Origin: Azolla caroliniana
Lineage: Eukaryota > Plantae > Polypodiophyta
Reading direction: 5' to 3'
Assembly (NCBI GenBank): GCA_043228905.1
Contig: JBHGNT010000009.1
Location: forward strand, 7,998,001 to 8,062,000
Length of the DNA stretch: 64,000 bases
Numbering within the stretch: the stretch's first letter is position 1; every line of letters starts with the position of its first letter. This document shows positions 37,366-47,059 of this stretch, one piece after another. The translations under genes and the position numbers were made by a program. Below the pieces are notes generated by a model that was given only the letters and a program-made list of their open reading frames with translations, did no database searches and had not been told where the DNA came from.

Positions 37366-40300
37366 ATAGGGGTTTTACAGGTAGGGGCTGTGATAGCCCG
37401 AACATAAAAGAAAACCCCATGAATAATAATGTAAATAAAGATATTCCTTGTACAATTTCATCTAATGGTGGTACTTTTATACTAAAAGTAAATAATAATA
37501 AAATACAAAATGCTTTCGAGTACTTTAAATGTTCTGGATTAATAGATGATGATGAAGAAATTCAAGATATGTTTGAAGAATTAAGTTTTGAAGATACAAT
37601 AACTCATTTGGAAGCAATGGAAGAAGACAACGAAATCCAAGTTCCTGTTCATTCAATCAAGATGTACGAGGTCATTGAAGAAGTTGCTCGAAAGGATCAT
37701 GAAGCACATGTACTAACAAAGTACAAGACAATGGAGAAGAAGGTTCGTCCTATTGCTGTTCCACTTCCAAGGGATAGTGAAAAAGCAATCAAAGAAGCAG
37801 CCACAGAGCCAATGATTAGAGACCCACGAAAGGTGGGACATGTGTTTACTCCGGAAACAATACAAGGGATGAAAATAGGAGGGGGTGACTTCCTATTACC
37901 TTCTGAAGAAAAGAAATTCAGGGAGATGTTAAAAATGCATGGAAAGGCGTTCGCATTCCAACCTGAGGAAATAGGGTGTGTGGATCCAGAAATTGTAGAG
38001 CCCATGGTTATATTCACTATTCCTCATATTCCATGGAACTTTAAGCCAATACCCATGCCTAGGGCTAGAATCCCTCAACTATTAGAACTTCTAAAAGAAA
38101 AGATAAGGATGGGTATCTTGGAACCATCAAACGCTCCTTACTCGAGTCGATGGTTCACTGTGTTAAAGAAAGATGGGCGACTCCGATTTATCCAAGATAT
38201 GCAACTCGTGAATAAGGTAACAATCCGAAACTCGGGAGTAGGGCCAATTGTGGATGAGTTCGCTGAGATGTTTGCAGGAAGAGCTATATATTCAATGGGA
38301 GACCTTTATTCCGGGTATCATCAATTTCAACTTGCTATCAAAAGTCGAGATATAACTTCTATCAAGACACCTATAGGGTTAGTACGGATGTGCACCTTGC
38401 GGCAAGGAGCGACCAACTTAGTGGCACATATGATGAATGGAATGAACAAGGTACTTCGTGATTTTATTCCTCATATTACAATGCCTTTTCTAGATGATGT
38501 TCCAATTAAGGGATGCAAGGAGGAAGAGAAGAACGAGGAATTGGATGAAAGTGGTTGCCGTCAATTTGTTGTTGATCATATCAAGGATTGTGAGAAGGTG
38601 CTATCAAGGATGGAAGAAGTGCATTTGACATTATCAGGGGTGAAGTCAATATTTGGGGCAAAAGAGATATTAATAGTTGGTCATATGTGTGGCCCATACG
38701 GGAGAAAGCCATCCCCGACCAAGGTCAATGCAATTCAAAATATGCAAGAGGAATGTACATCCGTCTCAGAAGTACGAAGGTTTCTGGGGGTATGTGTTTT
38801 TTACTGCAAATGGATTCCGCATTATGCCCATTTATCTGAACCTTTATATAGACTCCTAAGAAAAGGAGAGATATTTGAATGGAGTGAAGAGCATTCAGAG
38901 GCAATGAAGAAATTGAAGTACTACTTACCACAAGCTCCACCATTAAAGCAACCTGACTACACCCGACCCATATATCTCACAGTAGACTCTAGTCCCATTG
39001 GAATTGGATGGGTGATAAGCCAACAAGATGGGGAAGAAAGGTATCTAGTCTGATTCGGAGCAAAGGTTCTTAGTGGTCGACAAAGAAAATATGCACAGGT
39101 GAAAAGAGAGCTATGGGGGATAGTAACAGCAATAAAGACAGACAAAGATTACTTAATTGGTGCTAAAGTAATAATAGAAACAGATTGTTTGCCTATTCTT
39201 GGTTTCATAGCTAATTGTGATATTCCAGATCAAGCCATGTTAAGATGGTGTATCTATATTAGATCAGTCAACCCTGAAGTTCGACATATCTCTGGGAATA
39301 GAAATGCAGTAGCAGATATGTTATCAAGAGCAAGGTATGAGGAAGAGGAGATTCTAGATTCGGACGATGAGGACAAAGAACAAACAGTCCTTACCACAAG
39401 CATTACCCGGGAAAGAGGAATGCAATTTCTAGAAGAGGAGTATGAAGAAGAATTCAAGGAAATAGGGAAATACCTACAAACCCCTGACAAGTACAAAGGT
39501 CGATCTGGAAAAGAGTTCGCACAGTTTCGCAATAAAGCTCATAAGTTCTTCTTGCATGAAGGATATCTATGGCGACATCCGAAAACCAAGATTGGAAACC
39601 CGCAAAGAGTAATAGGTTCTGAAGGGCAAAGAAAGGAGATAACCAGAGAGCTGCATGACAAAGAATGGGCTGGTCATCGAGGAGTGTGGGCCACTTTTAG
39701 TAAGATTAAAGAACGATTTTGGTGGCCTCGATACTATGAGCAAATAAAAAAGTATGTGGAAACTTGTCCCACTTGTCAATATTATTCAAACGTAAAATTT
39801 TGTGATGAATTACACCCAACATACTCACCGGGGGTGCATTACAAGTGGATGATAGATTTGGTAACAATGCCACTTGGAGTAGGACAAAAGAGATACTTGG
39901 TTCTTGCTAGAGAAGATCTAACAAATCAAGTGGAAGGTCGTTCATTGCGAACAAAAGGGACATTAGGAGTATGTCAATTCATCTTGGAGGACATTATTTG
40001 TAGATATGGATGTGTCGGGAAGATAGTGGCAGATAGGGGAGAACTCAATTCTGCGGAAGCTCAAGATTTTTTCGACAAAATAGGAATTCGGCTTTCTTTG
40101 ACAACGGCGTACAATCCAGAAGCCAATGGAAAGGTAGAAAGGGGACATGGGCCAATAGTCAAAGCTTTGGCAAAGGCATGTAGAGGACAGGTTAGTGATT
40201 GGCCAAAAACCTTACCCTATGCACTATGGGCTGATAGGACAACTCACAGCACTGTTATTGGATATATGCCTGCAGAATTAATCATAGGACAGAAGCCAAT

Positions 40301-40817
40301 AATGTCAATTGAAGAAAAGATAACTACATGGGTTGTGTTGCCTTGGGAATCGGAAATGAGTACGGAAGATTTACTTGCGGTTCGAATACGACAACTTCAA
40401 TCAAGGACAGAAGACATAGAAGAAGCAACTACTAGATTGAAAGAGGCAAGAATCAAGAATAAGGACAGATTTGACAAGATGAAAAGAATACGACCAAGAA
40501 AGGTGCAAGAGGGAGATTGGGTATTAGTATATGATAGTAGCCTAGATAATCAATACAGTACTATTCGGAAGTTTGCAAAAAGATGGTTTGGACCTTATGA
40601 AGTTAGGAAAATAACAGATAAAGCCACATATTTCCTCAATGAATTAGATGGGACAGAAATTCGTATCCCAATTGCAGGAAAAAGGATTAAAATATTTAAA
40701 AGGAGGGAGTCATTAGAGCCTGAAATTTATGAAGTAGAAGAACTAAAAGAATCGGAAGAAGTGTTGGATGAACTCTGCACAACCAATTTGCAAGTTCAGA
40801 GGGGGTGGGTGTTGTGA
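37359..40817 (+). pseudogene. gypsy pol (RT-RNaseH-integrase) with one premature stop
   Basis: PYSSRWFTV, DLYSGYHQ, FLDDVP, TVDSSPIG, KRELWG, HRG..C..C, PEANGKVERG, WFGPY. TGA at 39051-39053 (likely CGA) joins ORFs 37419..39053 and 39099..40817 in frame. Confidence 0.9.
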
Positions 40818-41551
40818 AGAATGTGTTTCACGATATAAAAATGAGCTTAAATGTTGTATTTAATAATATTTGAGAGACTTGAACCCACATCCTTATATAC
40901 GATGTACAATGTACATACCACTAGGCTAGGCTATTTATTTGTGAAAGTGTGTAATAAATGTGCTTCATGATATAAGAATCAAGCTATATATTGTATTAAG
41001 TAAAATTGAGGGACTTGAACCCTCAACCTTGTATACCAAACACCAAGCATACACCACTAAGCTAGGTTAATTATTTTAAAATGTATTTTCATCATTATAC
41101 TTATCCCATATCTATTTTCATACATAGCCATCATTCATCACATGCAATGCATGTGCGCCAAATGGCGATCATGCATTACATGTAACTCATGCATTGCATG
41201 CATGCCATGCTCCCATACATTACCATATGCATGGCAACACTTATATAAAGGGGGGAAAGGGAAAACAAGGTAAGGAAGAAAAGAAGAGAAAATGGGAGAA
41301 AAGAATTTAAGCAAGTATTGAAGATATCTTATTTGGTGAAGAGCCTCGAGTTTCAAAGTGGAAGTTGTGGGTTCAAATCAAGGGTCGGTATTGAAAAGAT
41401 TCATCTTGCGATCAAGGATTGTAAAGTTAGTAAAATATTATATTTTTAATATACATCATGTTTATATCATAAACTCTTGTTCTTTGAATCATACTTTGTC
41501 TCAATCTTCTTTCTTAAATCATACATTGTCTCTATCTTTTATCTATAATTG

Positions 41552-41592
<41 letters not shown>

Positions 41593-41883
41593 TTACTCGT
41601 AACTCTTCTTCTTACTATCCTTAACCATTCTATCATCATCATACAAGCCTTATTAAAAGTTAAGTTTCTTCAACTCCCCTTAACCTTAGTCCCCGCGACT
41701 TCGCCGCACGAACCACAACTACCCCGACAGTGGAAAAGGCCTTGTAGTGAACTTCATCATGGCCGAGGTGCACCAAGTCATGACACAGAGCAAGGTGCAA
41801 CAGACACAATGGGAAGTGCAAGATGAGGTTCGACAAGCCGCCAACGAGATATTGGTTGCCAAGATCCATGAGATAGAGGAAGG

Positions 41884-42078
41884 AAAGCTCATTGACGTAC
41901 AATTATATATGTTAACATTGATTTCTTCCCATATATCTTAAGAGGAATAGATAGGTATCTTCTTAAAGTCCACGGGAGACCAATTGCCAATGGTGAGGAT
42001 CAATTTTGGATTCTCGCAAACTTATGACTTTGATGTTGCAATGTCATACATCACTCACCAAACTCAAACCCATGGCTT
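41884..42078 (+). repeat. 195-bp direct repeat, copy 2
   Basis: Matches 33601-33795. Confidence 0.9.
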
Positions 42079-42672
42079 CTAATAGCATATTTTAGGTGCT
42101 ATTAAACAAACTATCATTATATAGCACATGATTAGCATGTAATGCTATCTAATTATAATATTTATCTTCAAATGAATATAACATCAAACTCATTTCTTGA
42201 GAGGCATAATATATAATCAACTAATTAGGATAATTTTAAAATAATAAAATTTCCTTATTAAGGTACAAAAAAATGAAGGAAATAGTCACCATTCATTAAA
42301 TATTTGGTTATAAAAAGCTTTTCATTCTATGATGCATATTGCAATTTGAGTGGATAGACATATTTTTTATTCATCATTACGTTCAGATCAATGTTTGTAA
42401 CATATGCAATAATCCACATAGTTCTTTCTAGGGTTCTAGGCTCAATTTCATGATTGATATGGTCTAAACTAGCAAGCCCTTGCCACTAATCTCTTAGATA
42501 AGATCCTTTGATAGGGAATTTTCCTATTGATGATTATATTTGTGGATGACTTGGTGACGATAAGGAGTTAGTAAATAAGAAACAATTAGTTGAGTGGTTG
42601 ATTTGTATCTACCAAACATCTCACCTCAAATGCTTACAATCTACGGATACACTAAAGAATCCTTATAGACCA

Positions 42673-42703
<31 letters not shown>

Positions 42704-42880
42704 CAAGCATCTTGGTGGTCATTACTCAATGGAAGTATTCCTTTATACCCCGTTGTTCTCCACGCACCATCCTTCGCTCTTGCCACCCATCTGCCGATCT
42801 CGGCACCTTACGGCTTCGTCTCTCGCCGCGTGCTTGCCTCTCAAAGGCTCGACCGGTCCGCCGTTGCTAGTCACTCGTTG

Positions 42881-44503
42881 CTACTCTTTCGGGTGCATGC
42901 TTACTTCTTGGCCCTTCGCTGGCCGTAGTGCATGCTCCGTTTTACGCCGTAGTGCATACTTTGTATTACGCGCCTCATCCGTCGTAGACCCGACCCCCGC
43001 GTCGGTCTCTTCGTCCTTTGTTGTTGTAGCCCCTTCCGACTCCGGCTTGCCGTCTGGGCCATGCTCGTCCGTCTTCACGCACCGGGTACCCGTTCCGGTA
43101 GCCTCGTCCGTTCCGGTCTCCGACTCCTCGCCGCCACCCGCCGTCTCTTCGATCTTATGTTGATCCGCAACCGCCGAAGTCTCAAGAATAGGTGTGGAGG
43201 GTTCCTCTTCCTCTCGGTCTTCCGCCAAGCCGTAATCACCGTGCCCAGTTAGCCTCCTTCTCGCACTCACCGGCTCCCACCGAGTGTTGTGGCCCGTTCG
43301 CCTCGACCTCCAATCATGCCGACATAGCCTTCGCCCGGATCGGTCTCGGCCGATCGAGTTCCGGTTTGGTCGGCTCCCTTTCGTAATCGTAACCGGCCGG
43401 TACATGTTTGTCCGCACAAATCCGGCCTTGCCGTTTCTTCTTTGATTCGGGCCCGGTTGACCGGACCCCGCTCCAATCTTCTTCCGCCTCGTCTTCCGGT
43501 CGTGTCGGATTATCGACCGGTTTATCTTCCAATCGGGTCGGTTCCCGACTCTCTCCTCCTTGCCGCTCCCAACCTCTCTGTCAGTCCTCTTGTATGTGCC
43601 CGTTCCGGGCCTCGCATCCTCATCTTCGCACGTGTTCGCTCCGGTCCATGCCTCCTCATGGCCACCGCCCTTCTCTCCGGTCTTATGTTGGCATTCGAGC
43701 GCAACCGTCGTGGTCTCCGGTTCCGGTGTCGAGGGGTCTTTCCTCCGTCCGCTATGACCTTCCTCGTCGTTGTTTCGGTCGTCCGCTTTGCCGCCGCCAC
43801 CTTCCATCTCTCCAGTCTCACGTGGGCTCTCGGGGCCGACCGCCGAATTCTCTAGAATAGGTGTGGGTAAGGTCCCGGCACCTCCGCTCGTCGTTGTTGT
43901 AGCCGCCTCCGTACGGACGTCGTTGTCCGCGGCTCCCCCATCTCTGATTCCGCAAGCCTCGATTATGCTTGCCGCCCCTTCTTCCTCGCTTTCCTTGCCG
44001 TTGTCTTGGTTTCCCTCCTTGTCGCCGCCATTGCCCGTCGCTCTAGGTGTCACGCCGGCACTCGGGTCGGCCGCCGGAGCCTCTAGGACCGGTGTGGGTA
44101 AGGACCTGGCACCGCCGCTCGTTGTGTCCGTAGCCGCTTCCGTTCGGACGTCGTTGTCCGCAGCTAACCTGCCTCCAATCGCGCAAGCCTTGATTACGCT
44201 TGCCACCGTCTCTTTCATGTCGTCGTCTCGGTTTCCCGCCTTGCCGCCGCCACCGTCCGTCACTCTAGGTCTCACACCGGCTCTCGGGCTGGATGCCGGA
44301 GTCTCTAGGACCGGTGTGTGTAAGGTCGCGGCAACGCCGCTTGTCTCCTCCTCACTCGATGTTTCGGGCCGCCATGTCCCGAATCCGTAGTTACCGGCCT
44401 CCATGGCCGTCCCTTCACCGCAAGGCAAGAGGGTCGCTTGCTCTGCGCCCTCTCCTATGTCGCCGTTGTACGCTCTCCCCGCCTGAGGCTGCTTCCTCCG
44501 CAT
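42881..44503 (-). CDS. 540-aa acidic low-complexity ORF with ~75-aa internal repeats (element C)
   Basis: ORF track. Repeated TP(V/I)LE...GGGK...ASxIxAC...AADNDVRTEAATxTTSGGA units with a DNA period of ~222-231 bp. Function unknown. Confidence 0.45.
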   Translation of the reverse strand: MRRKQPQAGRAYNGDIGEGAEQATLLPCGEGTAMEAGNYGFGTWRPETSSEEETSGVAATLHTPVLETPASSPRAGVRPRVTDGGGGKAGNRDDDMKETVASVIKACAIGGRLAADNDVRTEAATDTTSGGARSLPTPVLEAPAADPSAGVTPRATGNGGDKEGNQDNGKESEEEGAASIIEACGIRDGGAADNDVRTEAATTTTSGGAGTLPTPILENSAVGPESPRETGEMEGGGGKADDRNNDEEGHSGRRKDPSTPEPETTTVALECQHKTGEKGGGHEEAWTGANTCEDEDARPGTGTYKRTDREVGSGKEERVGNRPDWKINRSIIRHDRKTRRKKIGAGSGQPGPNQRRNGKAGFVRTNMYRPVTITKGSRPNRNSIGRDRSGRRLCRHDWRSRRTGHNTRWEPVSARRRLTGHGDYGLAEDREEEEPSTPILETSAVADQHKIEETAGGGEESETGTDEATGTGTRCVKTDEHGPDGKPESEGATTTKDEETDAGVGSTTDEARNTKYALRRKTEHALRPAKGQEVSMHPKE

Positions 44504-45617
44504 CCTCCGATCGCCTCCGGCCCGACTCCATAATAAGTCCTTCTTCGGCTTCGATTTTCCCCTTCACAAGCTCGCATGCCTCCCGTATTAGCGCTTCTAG
44601 GTTGAGCTGCTCCGAACCGTTTTGCGTTGAGCTCTCTTCCGGCGGTAGTGCGTACTCACTCGCCGCTCTCTCTTCTCCGTCGTTCGCGGGTCACGTTGTT
44701 GCCGACCGCTCCCCTTCGGGTTGCCGGCATACCCACTCCGGTTTCGCGTATCCATACGCTTCCAATAGAGCTCCCTCGAAGGACTCCCATGACTCGTGAG
44801 CTTCTTGTAGTTCCTTGACATCCTTGTGTACCGATACGGCCACCACTCGCGGAAAATACTCTAGTCGCATCGCCTTGTCCACGCCCCCTTTCGCCATCTC
44901 GGCCTTGTAGGCTCCCTGTTACGAGCATGACCATATAATATCCCGTGGTAAGAATTTACCGTAGTATTCTATACATGTGGATAAGTGTGAGGGTTAAATG
45001 AGAGTGTAAAGAAGGGGAGGATTACTTTTAATCCTCGGGATTGAGACAACCCGTTAGGTCAAGTGTGAACATGCCTGGGGGCCTTGGGTATCGCTATAAA
45101 TAAGAGGCCTAGCTACCCTCATTTGATCATCTTTTGACTACATCGAGACTCTGCTCGTGTGGTGGGTCAACTCTTGTAGCGAGCGCGCCAGCACCAGGTA
45201 CGACTCGACGCCACGGCGGTGGTATGGGACGCCGATCGAGGCTCGAGTCCGTCTCGATCCCTTCGCTCGGGGGTGGTCGGGTGGATCGGCACCCTTCTTT
45301 CTCTTTCTCCTTTCTATCTATCTTTTCATTATCCTTATCTTAAGCTTACATTAGTACTATGATCTATAATATTTGGTATCAGATTTTTTTACTAATGTTT
45401 CTTTGTTTTTCATTTGTCTTTTGATTGATGCTGATCGATCATTGTGCGGTTGGCCTTGATCCAGACAACGATCAACAAAGAACTTCGGTAACTCTTTCCA
45501 TATTTTTTTTTCTATTCTCTCTTCTCCCATCTAATCATGTGTTTAGTTTATATGTAATTTTTTTCATTAAATCAATGATGTTGTAGTGGTCTTTAATTGA
45601 TTAACTAAAACGTTTAC

Positions 45618-45885
45618 ATATGTGCACGAGGTCAATACCTCGTTTGACATATTGATAATATGTGATGAGTGTCGTATGCGTACGAGGTTAATACCTCAAT
45701 TACGTATTACGTTCACGAACATATGTTACGTTTGCGTATGAGTTTAATACCTTAATTTGTTGTAAACGATATGCGTTTGGTCTCGTATGCGTAAGAGGTC
45801 AATACCTCCATTGCGTATTACGATGATCTCTTATTTGTGGATGTTTCGTGTGCGTAGAGGTATATACCTCGATTACGTATCTCGA
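45618..45885 (+). repeat. five tandem ~56-bp hairpin-forming units in the chromovirus leader
   Basis: GAGGT-NNNN-ACCTC cores at 45628, 45684, 45740 (degenerate), 45795 and 45857, each with complementary flanks. Confidence 0.85.
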
Positions 45886-47059
45886 TCACATCATTTGTGG
45901 CTATTTAATATAACGATATGTTTAATATAGGCATATGTGGTCACATATATACGTATTTGATCGTATATATGTGAAAAGTAAACATATGTGTATATTCGTT
46001 ATTACGTGATTATGTCGAAAGTTGTCATGGTCGGGAAAAGGATGTTGGTGGCCGTCCTCATATTTTTGTGAGAATGGCGTTGTCACCATTCCTTTTTCAA
46101 CAATTTTTTATTGTTGACAACCCCGTTGATGACCTCGATTTCGTTACGTAAAGAAACGCAATAGCCATAATGATGTTGAGTACGTAGGGCTTGACCCACT
46201 TCAAGTGAGGTCGCTCCAATGACGCACGTATCCAACATCCTTCCCTCGTTACATGGATACGATGCCACCATGAGCTCGTTCTTACGAGAGGCATTCGTAA
46301 TGACGTGACCATGTGATGGCCCACGTGAGCCTACTACGAAACAAGGGCTCATTTGGCTTCACCATTAGGTTGCACTTTGGCGTATGCCATCGTAATTACG
46401 AGACTTGAGGTTAGGTAACGTACCAACATAGTTTTAGTAAATGAGGGCGAAATAAGGACCCTTGACATATATGTTCTTTTAAAAAAACATATATGATCAA
46501 TTGCCTCGCATATCTCTTATACGCATCAAACATTAAGCATTCGAGAAGAGCAACTTACTTGGTTGGCTCAAGTGTTTAATGTATTTGTTCTCGAGGTCTC
46601 GAGTTCAAATATGACCAAGACCATACAACATCCTTGATACATATGACTATAACACATGTTTAGACTTAAGGTCTAAGTGCACCTCGGGGTCCTCGTAATA
46701 GGACTTAAAGAGCCGAAACCACTTATGTGGGCACCGAAACATAGTTTATTGTTAACATTTTTTTTTCGTGTATAAACTATTCATGACGCGAACATACATG
46801 GTTGAGCCTCGGGGAGCCACCATGAAAAAATCGATATAGAGATCAGGGAAAGACATTTATTTGTCACCCCCATGGTTTTTAAAACACCTTTGTGTTACCA
46901 TAGTAACCTGATCTTGAACCTCATCTCATACGTCTAGAGGGGTATTGACGTGAGATAATGATATCGATTAATGCTCGCCCATGATATGTTTACATCACGA
47001 CAAGATGTTATGACTATATCTCTGACCTTATCCTATTTCTTTTCCAGAAATAATCTTAA

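Larger units (their letters stand above)
35868..41729 (+). mobile_element. Ty3/gypsy element B (non-chromovirus, Phygy-like by inference); PBS and most of gag deleted
   Basis: LTRs 35868-36770 (lacks the terminal GACA) and 40810-41729 (TGTTGTGAAG...CCCCGACA). PPT AGAGGGGGTGGG before 40810. Order is PR-RT-RH-INT. Confidence 0.92.
33798..41883 (+). mobile_element. truncated Ty3/gypsy element A (LTR, PBS, degenerate gag), interrupted by element B
   Basis: LTR ~33798-34368 (TGTTATCC...GAGTAACA) and PBS-like TGGCACGATTGG at 34374. Gag-like ORF pieces at 34662-35261 and knuckle CFNCNQPGHYATQC at ~35810-35852. The frame resumes at 41730 (..VVNFIMAEVHQVMTQSK) and ends at the duplicated flank. Confidence 0.75.

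Noticed and set aside
42500-42565. possible copia RT remnant (LMIIFVDDLV)
   Set aside because: A single short motif without supporting flanks.
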